The position numbers and the translations under genes are program-made. The notes under the pieces are model-generated. The model was not told the DNA's origin. It did no database searches and was given only the letters and a program-made list of their open reading frames with translations. This document shows, one piece after another, positions 38,867-47,779 of a stretch of DNA of 64,000 nt. The DNA comes from a plasmid. Position 1 is the stretch's first letter; each line of letters starts with the position of its first letter. The stretch lies in the sequence record CP071152.1. One strand, given 5' to 3'.

Positions 38867-39781
38867 TCAAATAAGCGGTAGAGACACCTCACCTACCTCG
38901 ACAAGCGATCCGTTCTCCCACGGTATGACGGCCACCTGCCGGTCTTTGACTATCTGGATGTAGCCGCCTTGAATTTTGTCGATGTCACGGGCTGAGAAAC
39001 CGACCAGCGATATATAGGGGGAGCCGCCTCTCAGGAACTTCTTTACCTTTGCATATTCGTCCTTTCCCGTGGCGATGAAATAGATGTGCTCGCCTTCGGT
39101 CACCATGTCAGGGGAGTCAGGGTTTTGCGTGTATTTGCACACGAGGTCGATGTCACCCACATCAGGAGCAGTGGTGATGAGGCTGCCGTAGAGCCACACA
39201 TCCTGAACCCAGACGTATGGCTCGCAGGCATTCCACTCCTCCACCCGCTCAAGGAACTCTTCGAGCTTTTGCACTGCCTTGGCCCGAGGCAATCGCTTGA
39301 TGAGCTTGTGGCGACTCAGCTCAGCGCCTTTGGCTGTTACCTGATACCAAGCAAAGCCATTGTGATCGGTTATTCCCATCACTGTGAGATAACCCTCATC
39401 AAGCATTTTCTGGATGAGGTCGGGCGCGAGGGCAACCGCATTGGGATTCAGTTCGGTCAGGGAATACCCCATACCGCATCGCTGCTTCTCCTTGGTCAAC
39501 ACTATCTCGCCAATGGAGCGAACCTCCGTGACATAGTTTATGTCGTCGGTAGGGTACATCTGAGCGTAGTGGCGCAACCGCTTCACCAGATCGCGACCTG
39601 TCTTGAGGTCGAGCCCGAAAATTTTGCTCTTGGGGTCAATCGTCAGTCCCATGATCTCACCTGCTGTGGGATGAAAAGTCATAAAGTTATTCCCCCCAAC
39701 TAGGGATACATCGTAGAGGCTTCCAAGTTGTAATTTCCATTGAATGCCCCTCTTTCCGGGGCTTTTCTTGACCTTAATCAT
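38867..39781 (-). CDS. Fusion protein: unknown N-terminal domain + winged-helix + minimal nucleotidyltransferase (Pol-beta superfamily)
   Basis: The wHTH-like segment reads LIQKMLDEGYLTVMGITDHNGFAWYQVTAKGAEL. The NTase motif is YGSLITTAPDVGDIDLV (hG[GS]-x9-DhD). Confidence 0.5.
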   Translation of the reverse strand: MIKVKKSPGKRGIQWKLQLGSLYDVSLVGGNNFMTFHPTAGEIMGLTIDPKSKIFGLDLKTGRDLVKRLRHYAQMYPTDDINYVTEVRSIGEIVLTKEKQRCGMGYSLTELNPNAVALAPDLIQKMLDEGYLTVMGITDHNGFAWYQVTAKGAELSRHKLIKRLPRAKAVQKLEEFLERVEEWNACEPYVWVQDVWLYGSLITTAPDVGDIDLVCKYTQNPDSPDMVTEGEHIYFIATGKDEYAKVKKFLRGGSPYISLVGFSARDIDKIQGGYIQIVKDRQVAVIPWENGSLVEVGEVSLPLI

Positions 39782-39999
39782 CGAGAAGCTACTCCATAAT
39801 TAAACATTTCATGTAGGGACAATGTGACGATAGATTGTAGTGTAAGCAGGGCAAGCAGCTGGCTTTCCATGAAAGCTGAGTAGCTTGAGCAGAGGGGGCA
39901 AAATGCTGATGTTCGAGGAAGCTGAACTACACCGACGGTGTGCATTCTCGTCCAATAGACTACTGATGTGGCTTGCCACCTTTTTAAAGTTGTGACCAC

Positions 40000-41433
40000 T
40001 TGATTACGTTACTTGGGGAGATAGGTGATGGAATGTTCGTAACTGTCAAAGCCCGTGTTTATACCGATGTCACGGGTGCCTACACTGAGCTCCCCGCCTT
40101 GCTGACGCCGGCGGGAGTGCTGGAGTCGTTGCTTGACTACTGCCTCTATCGCAGCCACGACCGCAGTCTCACCTGGATGTCGAAGGTGAGCCGCTCTGTG
40201 CGGATGTTTCTTGAATATCTCCAGACCAACCCTGCCGAGCGTGATACCTACCACCTGTTCCAGAATTTCGCTCAGCGGCTCTACTCCGGCACCTTCGACC
40301 GTGAGATAGGGCTCGACCCCAGCGGGCTCTGCTGGGCGCCGCGGTCGCCGCAGGACGCCTCACACATCATCACCCACCTATCCGACTTCTTCGACTGGTT
40401 GGGCGAAATGCGTCCCGCATCGGCACAGGTCAATCCGCGCTACGCCGGTGGAGCTTTCGACCGGCAAACCGATGAAGCTGCCTACCAGTATCGGCGCAGC
40501 AAAGCGTTCTTAGGACATACCTGGGCGGCCAATGCGTCACCGAGCCAGACCAGGCATCGAATTAGAGGGCGGCGTCTGCCTAAGGTTGAACGCGGCGAGC
40601 CGCCAGCCTTTCCGGAGGCGCGTTTCGAGGAGCTCCTGGTTAAGGGATTCTGTGCTGCCGGACGCCAGGATTATCGGGGCATGCTTATCACCTTGTTATT
40701 GCACGGAGCTGGCTTCCGAGAGTCGGAGCCTTTCCACCTGTACATTCAGGATGTGTTGCCTGACCCTGCCAACCCAAATCAGGCCCTGGTTCGCATCCAC
40801 CATCCAAGTCATGGTGCTGCGCCAGCTGATTGGCGTGACGCGCAAGGACGCCCCCGCAAGGGCAATCGGGCGGAGTACCTCTCCCAGCAGTTTGGTCTGG
40901 CCCCTCGCACAGATCTTCTAGACCGTCGTCATGCTGGCTGGAAAGGCGGCATGCATGATGGGGCCTATTACAAGCAGGCGTACTGGCTCCTGCCGGAGTA
41001 TGGCGAGTGGTTTCTACAGCTGTGGCACCGCTATCTGGAGCAGGTGGCTCGCAGTGAACGCGGCCATCCCTTTGCTTTCATCAATCTCGTCCGCGAGCCT
41101 GTCGGTGCCATGTGCACACTCAACCAGTACAACAAGGCCCATGCAGCTGCCTGCGAACGTATCGGCCTCACGGTGAGCAAAGCTCTGGGTACAACGCCGC
41201 ATGGCCACCGCCACGCCTACGGTCGCCGACTCATGAACGCCGGTATCGACAAGGCTCTTATCCGTCGCTTTATGCATCACGCCTCCCTGGATAGTCAGGA
41301 GGTCTACACGCAAGCGAATAGCCGCGAGGCCTTGGCTGCATTGGATGTGGCTGCGCAGCGGCTACGAGGCGCGAAGGTGGGAGCTGCCGCTACGCCGAGC
41401 CTGTTGCCCGCGGACATCTTATTGAATGACTGA
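40000..41433 (+). CDS. Tyrosine recombinase, Tn554 TnpA-like (first of two tandem recombinases)
   Basis: Catalytic HGHRHAYGRRL (HxxR) and EVYTQ (Tyr) motifs lie near the C-terminus. TTG start at 40000; alternative ATG at 40033. Confidence 0.6.
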   Translation: MITLLGEIGDGMFVTVKARVYTDVTGAYTELPALLTPAGVLESLLDYCLYRSHDRSLTWMSKVSRSVRMFLEYLQTNPAERDTYHLFQNFAQRLYSGTFDREIGLDPSGLCWAPRSPQDASHIITHLSDFFDWLGEMRPASAQVNPRYAGGAFDRQTDEAAYQYRRSKAFLGHTWAANASPSQTRHRIRGRRLPKVERGEPPAFPEARFEELLVKGFCAAGRQDYRGMLITLLLHGAGFRESEPFHLYIQDVLPDPANPNQALVRIHHPSHGAAPADWRDAQGRPRKGNRAEYLSQQFGLAPRTDLLDRRHAGWKGGMHDGAYYKQAYWLLPEYGEWFLQLWHRYLEQVARSERGHPFAFINLVREPVGAMCTLNQYNKAHAAACERIGLTVSKALGTTPHGHRHAYGRRLMNAGIDKALIRRFMHHASLDSQEVYTQANSREALAALDVAAQRLRGAKVGAAATPSLLPADILLND

Positions 41434-41442
41434 GGATTTGCC

Positions 41443-44040
41443 ATGCCCAATAAGAAGAAAACAACTGCGGCCAGTGTATCTACGCGCCCTGTAACAAGGA
41501 AACCAGGGGTAAAGCGCGTCACGGACACATCCCTCGGCTGGGTTTCACGGGAATATCCGCAGCTCGAACCCTGGCGCATCCTTGCGATGGAGTGGCTAAA
41601 AGGGGAAACTCGCGGGGTCAGTTCGAGACTGCAAGCTCTATCGTCCTTTTTCGAGCGCTACCTTATCCAGCAGAGCCTACCGCTTGACCCGGCAGTGCTG
41701 CTGACGCGCGGCACGGTTCTGCCGGACTATTACCAGACCGCCTGCCCAGATTCGAGGGCTGGCATCACGTACAACAACTGCATCAACTCCTTCCTGCACT
41801 TTGTGCTGCTACGTGAGTTCAGTGTGCCCGGTGATGACGGTCAGCCGGTCATTTCGCAGGCCTTCCGGAACCCAGTGCTCTGGATGTCTAAGGGCGGCTT
41901 GCCTTGGCGCGACGAGAGCGTGCATTCGCCACTACCCTACGGCTACATTGATGAACTGCGCCAGATGTTGGCGGCGGGACCACACTTCCGGGACTGGTTG
42001 TGGGCACAAAACGCATTGGGTGCAGAAATTGGTCAGCGGGGACCCGGCGCTCCTGACTGGTTCGAGGTAACCGAAGCGCAGATTGACCGGAACGACCCGG
42101 ATTGCGTCTGGCGTGAACGCCCAATGCGGAACGGGGCGCGCCTGGAAATGTGGAGCCCGGTGCGCTGGGTCGCACTACTGGTGAAGCTCATACTGCCACT
42201 GCGTACTTCTCAGGTCCGCATGCTCGACTCAGGCGAGGCGGATACCTGGCGCTACGCAGACGGCGTGTGGGCATTGAACCCAAGCCGAATCGCACACGGT
42301 AGTGAGCGGCGCCCACTACACCAGGGGGTGTTTCGCCGTAGCGCCGCTCTGGCTGATGGCGAGGCGGTTTCGACTGTGCTCTACATCAACACTAACAAGA
42401 CCGCCGATATCACCAAGTCAGGCCCCGAGAAAGGCTATGTCCTACCTTGGTCCTCCGGCGGCCCGGCGCATCAGGATGTGTTCTACTGGCTGGAAAAACA
42501 GCGTAACTGGCAGGAAAAATACAATCCGGTATCGCGGCGTACATCTTGGTCTTCACTGGATGGACGCCACATCCAGGCGAAGAGCGAGGTGCAACTCGCA
42601 AGCTATCCGGATACTTGCTTCCTGTTCCGATCGCCGGAAGCCCGTGAGGGTGAACGTTATTTCCCACTTTCGGATAAAGTAATGTTCTCCAGTTGGTTTG
42701 CCCTGCTGGAAGCACTGGAATGGCGGCTAGCTGACCGAGGTGAGACTCATCGCAATGGCACGAAAATCCGCTTCCTTCCACCGCAAGAAGAGCGGCTCAG
42801 CTATCAAAGAACTCTCTTCCCCTTACACAGTCTGCGCGTCTCCCTCGTCACCGCGCTGGCCCTAGAAGGCCAAGTGCCGTTCCCTATCCTACAAAAGCTC
42901 GTCGGACACAGCCGCCTATTGATGACGCTGTACTACACCAAGCCCGGTGCAACACACATCCGCGACGTATTGCTCGGCGCTGCGGAACGGTTGGAGGCGG
43001 CCAAGGAAGAGGGCATTCAGACCTTCCTGCTAGACACCGAGTATGGGGTGCTCCTCGAACAGGCTATTTGTAACAGTGTGCCATCTCTGGCTGCCGCTAT
43101 TCCGCAACATCCCGCTGCACGTAACCCCGTGGGCTGGATGCCGATGCACCACGGTCTGTGCCTGGTCGGTGGCAACACCAGCGAAGGGGGAGACAATGGA
43201 GCTGTGGGCGGCTGCTACAACGGGGGCGCAATTATTATCAAGAGCACGACAAATGTTAACGCCAAATACGGGCCTGTCCCTGGCGGCAGTCGCAACTGTG
43301 TACGCTGTCGTTGGTTCGTAACTGCTCCGCAGCACCTACCAGCCTTGGCGGCCCACTTCAACACGCTGGCCTACCACTTCGACGAGACGCGCAACGCCTG
43401 CCTTGCCCGAGAAAACGACCTCCAGGCCCTGAAAAAGGACAGGGCTGAAGCAGAAGCGGCTGGCCAGTCATTCACCCGGCTAGATGCTGTCAGGCAAGCA
43501 GAGCGGCTTTGGGAGAGCACCATGAGGCGCTTTAGTGATTCGGCGGAAGACCTGGTTGCCTGCTGGCGGCTCATCGAGCGCTGCAAGGCTCTACTCGAAT
43601 CGCGCACTGGCGACAGCACGCAATTGGTGGCGGCTGGCACGTTATGCGATGTGCAGGCCGTCTTCGAGGAAACCGAGTCGGAGCTTCTGCAACTGGCTGG
43701 TGTCTGTGAGAGCGTCGAACTCTATCCAGACCTAGAGCCAGGCAAGGCGGTGTTTCGACGCAGCCAGTTGCTGGATACCGTCCTCTACCGCGACAAGTTG
43801 CCTCCTGTGTTCATGCTGCTGAGCGAACAGGAACAACTCCTCGCTGGTAACGCCTTTATGCGCCACCTAGCGCAGCAGATGAACCCGTCGAATCCGGCGA
43901 TCGGCCAACGTGAAGTTATTCGTCTGATGGATGCCGGTGAGCGTCTCAGTGCATACCTAGATCTCAACCTTGCAGCGCAGTTGCCTACATCCCGTCACAC
44001 CGCCGCGTTCCGGTCCGGGCCGACCCTGAAATGGAATTAA
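41443..44040 (+). CDS. Large tyrosine recombinase, Tn554 TnpB-like (865 aa)
   Basis: PLHSLRVSL (HxxR) and VGHSRLLMTLYYTK (catalytic Tyr) motifs. It starts 10 bp after the first recombinase. Confidence 0.55.
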   Translation: MPNKKKTTAASVSTRPVTRKPGVKRVTDTSLGWVSREYPQLEPWRILAMEWLKGETRGVSSRLQALSSFFERYLIQQSLPLDPAVLLTRGTVLPDYYQTACPDSRAGITYNNCINSFLHFVLLREFSVPGDDGQPVISQAFRNPVLWMSKGGLPWRDESVHSPLPYGYIDELRQMLAAGPHFRDWLWAQNALGAEIGQRGPGAPDWFEVTEAQIDRNDPDCVWRERPMRNGARLEMWSPVRWVALLVKLILPLRTSQVRMLDSGEADTWRYADGVWALNPSRIAHGSERRPLHQGVFRRSAALADGEAVSTVLYINTNKTADITKSGPEKGYVLPWSSGGPAHQDVFYWLEKQRNWQEKYNPVSRRTSWSSLDGRHIQAKSEVQLASYPDTCFLFRSPEAREGERYFPLSDKVMFSSWFALLEALEWRLADRGETHRNGTKIRFLPPQEERLSYQRTLFPLHSLRVSLVTALALEGQVPFPILQKLVGHSRLLMTLYYTKPGATHIRDVLLGAAERLEAAKEEGIQTFLLDTEYGVLLEQAICNSVPSLAAAIPQHPAARNPVGWMPMHHGLCLVGGNTSEGGDNGAVGGCYNGGAIIIKSTTNVNAKYGPVPGGSRNCVRCRWFVTAPQHLPALAAHFNTLAYHFDETRNACLARENDLQALKKDRAEAEAAGQSFTRLDAVRQAERLWESTMRRFSDSAEDLVACWRLIERCKALLESRTGDSTQLVAAGTLCDVQAVFEETESELLQLAGVCESVELYPDLEPGKAVFRRSQLLDTVLYRDKLPPVFMLLSEQEQLLAGNAFMRHLAQQMNPSNPAIGQREVIRLMDAGERLSAYLDLNLAAQLPTSRHTAAFRSGPTLKWN

Positions 44041-44702
44041 TCATGAGTAAAACAACAGATATTCACCCTGACGTCGTGTTGGAGTCGCTGCTTGCCAAGG
44101 CTGAGCGCTCGAACCGTCGAAACAACCTCATCAAGATGCATGAACTGTGTCGCAAGCAGCACGAGGTTGGGTCGCGTGACTTCTCCGTGTCAACCATCGG
44201 CCGTCTGGCTGAGGCCGATGGCATCATGAAAGGCCGTGCGCTCTACAACACCCAATCCGCCGACTACAAGGCTCTCATAGAGGTCTGGGCTGCTTACGCA
44301 GGTCCACCTGCCCCCAAGCCCACCAAGACGCTGGCCAGCCACGACTACCTGATGCGCATCGATGATCCGGCCATTCGTTCTATCATGCAGGCCATCGTCA
44401 CAGAGCGTGACAAACTCAAGGCGCAGCTCAACACCCTCAAGGCACACACACTGGTGAACGTGGACCGGCGGCCGTTAGGGGCAACTGTCACGTCCGCGAC
44501 TGGCACGCCGGTGGTTGTGCTTAAATTGTCCGCACAACTGACTCCATCTGAACGCGAGGCACTACAGAAAGCGGTGTCAGCAGACTACCTCGAAGATCGG
44601 GGTTTGAAGGAAGGCAGCCACGGTGAAATCGTTAACGAGCGCGGTCGCACAATATTCGAGGTTGGCTTTGCTTGGGCAATTCGCAAGGTGTTGGGTGACT
44701 GA
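44031..44702 (+). CDS. Tn554 TnpC-like small third protein (223 aa)
   Basis: Its start overlaps the TnpB-like stop. It is the last GC-rich gene before the AT-rich cargo. Confidence 0.4.
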   Translation: MELIMSKTTDIHPDVVLESLLAKAERSNRRNNLIKMHELCRKQHEVGSRDFSVSTIGRLAEADGIMKGRALYNTQSADYKALIEVWAAYAGPPAPKPTKTLASHDYLMRIDDPAIRSIMQAIVTERDKLKAQLNTLKAHTLVNVDRRPLGATVTSATGTPVVVLKLSAQLTPSEREALQKAVSADYLEDRGLKEGSHGEIVNERGRTIFEVGFAWAIRKVLGD

Positions 44703-45044
44703 CCCTTTGTGGGAGAGCAATAGATAATCATATTGAGAATTAAAGTACCATACTAAAATGGCAGTGCTCTCATCGGTACGCTGCCTTTTCTAAAACGTTC
44801 ATACCCCAAAACCATTCAGAGAAAATACTCATTCATTACCTGTTAGTGTGACTTTACCTTATAAAAGGTGATCTGAAAGTGTGTAGTGGGTTTCTGTCGT
44901 ATTAGATGGTTTGACTGCATTCTAATTCATGGGCTTTTGATTCAAGTGATGGAATAATTGTAAATTGCAAGCATATGAAATATGGCGCATCATGTGTGTG
45001 GAAGGTTACTCTGCGCCGTATAGGTAGGCATACAAAACTGGAGA

Positions 45045-46100
45045 GTGCTAATGCTTGTAAAGTATTATGGTTTGGTTTTCGTTCATAGAACCAATCGTTG
45101 GTCACCAAGAGTAGAATTTATATCAAACGGTTTATTTCGCATGACTCAGCCTAAATACCTTAATGATAAAGGGAGCGAGGCGAGACTATGGCCATATTTT
45201 AATGAGTTTTCACCTGCAGATTATGCATGGGCCAAAAAAGAACATGATAAAATGCAAACCGATCCTTCCTATGTCCCATCAAATGAAGAATTAGAAAACT
45301 TCTTTCTAAAACCGTGTGGCTCGCGCTATGGAGACCATTTCCCGCATATGCTAGATCAAGAAGGCTTCAACTCAATGGAAGATTATGATCGGGAGCAATT
45401 GACTCAAGCGGCTGAAAGAGTCAACTCATTTTTAGTGGAGGCATTAAGCTGCCAGTTAGGCATTTTATCTCTTTCAAAGTCTGACACAAATGAACTTATG
45501 TGGACATATTATGCTAGCGAAGGTAAGGGACTAGCTGTTACTTTCAATGAGAATCATGCATTTTTCAACCAGCTTCCCCCGAAAGATGTTAGTTATACTC
45601 CAGATAAAAGAGCTTCTCTTACATATTATAAAGGTATGATACGAATAAATGGTGCTCCGATAAAAAGCTTCCATGCTGCAGATTTAGGTAATCCATTAGG
45701 AGTTATGCGCTCTCTTAGTAGCAATGGTATTGATATAGTTGATTTTTCGGATCGACTGCTATATTCGAAAGCCAAACAATGGTCTTTTGAAGATGAGACT
45801 AGAATTGTATGCCCCCTTATGTTATGTGAAGAGAAAGTAGGGCCACTAGTACAACCAGACTTTGGAGTTGAATTACCTAATGAACTCTCCCCAATGTTCA
45901 AGAGCTACTCTGAGGTCAATCTAAAACGAATACCATTCGAGGCATTTGAGTCTATCATTTTTGGTTACAGTATGAGTGAATTAGACAAGTCTACTATCAC
46001 TGAACTGGTAAGGAAAAATGAAAACTTGTCCCATATAAAGTTACGCATAGCCAAACACAATATTTATGGCAACATTGAGATCAATGATCTCGTTGTGTAA
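45045..46100 (+). CDS. DUF2971-like protein (AT-rich cargo gene 1)
   Basis: 351 aa; about 38% GC against about 60% in the flanks. General DUF2971-like composition with no catalytic motif recognised. Confidence 0.35.
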   Translation: MLMLVKYYGLVFVHRTNRWSPRVEFISNGLFRMTQPKYLNDKGSEARLWPYFNEFSPADYAWAKKEHDKMQTDPSYVPSNEELENFFLKPCGSRYGDHFPHMLDQEGFNSMEDYDREQLTQAAERVNSFLVEALSCQLGILSLSKSDTNELMWTYYASEGKGLAVTFNENHAFFNQLPPKDVSYTPDKRASLTYYKGMIRINGAPIKSFHAADLGNPLGVMRSLSSNGIDIVDFSDRLLYSKAKQWSFEDETRIVCPLMLCEEKVGPLVQPDFGVELPNELSPMFKSYSEVNLKRIPFEAFESIIFGYSMSELDKSTITELVRKNENLSHIKLRIAKHNIYGNIEINDLVV

Positions 46101-46142
46101 GATGCTACTTTATTAGCAGAAATTTATCATATTTGAGGTGCT

Positions 46143-47150
46143 ATGTTTTATATTTTCCTTGATACCTGTGTTCTTTTAGATATTTCAACAAAAAAATATG
46201 ACCTTCCTTTGGTTTCTGCACTGGAAGAGTTGGTTGCATCGGGTGTGATTACACTTATACTTACCGACCTAGTTGTGGAAGAGTACGAGAGGAATAAGGA
46301 AGACGTAGCAAACAAGACTGCCAAAAGGTTGTCTCAAGAATTTAAACAAGTAAAAGTAATAGTAAGTGAATTTGCAGGCGATAAAAAAGCGGACACAATA
46401 GACGTATTAAATGACATCAATGCGCGTTTACCCCTGCTAACTGATGCCAACTATGCGACCATTCACAGAGTTGAAAGGCTTATCGAATCAGCAAAAAAAA
46501 TCAGTATTAGTGAACGTTCTAAAATAGCCGCAGTTCAGCGGGGCCTAGATAAAAGAGCGCCATTTCACATTAGTAAAAACTCTGTAGCTGATGCGGTCAT
46601 CATCGAACAATTTTATGAGTTCTCGCAGGGTGTCGATAGTGAGTCTGGTTGTTGTTTTTTCATAACCCACAATCACAATGACTTTTCTGCAAAGGATCAC
46701 CGTCAACCACATTCTGATTTTGGTAATATTTTTAACGACACGAGTGTTCTTTATTTCAATAATCTAGCATCAGCAATTAATGAAATTGACGAGAATTTTT
46801 TAGATGGTATTGAATTTGAGTATGACCACACAGAGGAAACCAGAGGCCTAAGAGAAATCCTAGATGCGATGGACGAACTAGTTGACAAAGTTTGGTATAA
46901 CAGGCACCAGAATCGCATGTGGGCTATTGAAAATGGCGAGATCGAAATTGTTCCTGAGGGTACTGAACGTTATGGTAATAATGTCATTCACGAGAATATC
47001 CTTAAAGGTGCTATGAAGTCTGCAAAACGTGTTGAAGACACCTATGACAACGTAGGGCCTTGGAGCGACTTTGAGTGGGGTATGATTAATGGAAAATTGT
47101 CTGCATTACGTTGGGTGCTAGGTGATGAATGGGATATGTTAGACACCTAA
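46143..47150 (+). CDS. PIN-like domain protein (DUF4935-like), AT-rich cargo gene 2
   Basis: The N-terminus FLDTCVLLD is a PIN-type acidic motif. 335 aa. Confidence 0.4.
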   Translation: MFYIFLDTCVLLDISTKKYDLPLVSALEELVASGVITLILTDLVVEEYERNKEDVANKTAKRLSQEFKQVKVIVSEFAGDKKADTIDVLNDINARLPLLTDANYATIHRVERLIESAKKISISERSKIAAVQRGLDKRAPFHISKNSVADAVIIEQFYEFSQGVDSESGCCFFITHNHNDFSAKDHRQPHSDFGNIFNDTSVLYFNNLASAINEIDENFLDGIEFEYDHTEETRGLREILDAMDELVDKVWYNRHQNRMWAIENGEIEIVPEGTERYGNNVIHENILKGAMKSAKRVEDTYDNVGPWSDFEWGMINGKLSALRWVLGDEWDMLDT

Positions 47151-47779
47151 GATATACTGGATCAATAACTAACTAAGGCTTCAATATACATTTTCTCATC
47201 TGAGGGTAGCGCGCTAGATCTTTAGATCTAACGCATTTCTATCCAAAATCGAGTTATGCTGAGTATGATAATTTATTCCTCTCCCCCCACTCTGTGGAGC
47301 TTACGAAGATCAGACTGTAATGCAATTGCTGGATTAGAAGCTGATCACTCCCAGATTGGCAACACCACCCTACAGGCCTATCAGAAAAATTTCGCGTTCC
47401 TAGAAGGTCTTCCTCTGACCGACCCGCAACGAGTGTGTTTATTGGGCGTGCGGGCCGACACACGCCAAAAGTTCAGGGATAATCGGTAACGCAGCGCCAG
47501 AACCACTCATCTGTCAGCCAATTAAACCTTAATAGAGCGCAGGTCAAGTATCGGAGAGCTTATCTTGGAAGACCTGCTGCAGGTTATCCGCGAAGAGGCA
47601 GGCTTTTACTCGTTTGGTCAGTAGCTAAAAACCGGGCTTGGCTTTGTAAGGTGACAGAATAACCATCGCTGCGATCACATTCGTAGCAAACACCAAACGG
47701 TAAGCTCATCTGATCGTGACGAAGAACCATTGCATAATTATTTTTTCGAGTTGGACCTTGACAAGGAAAGTAGAAAAAG

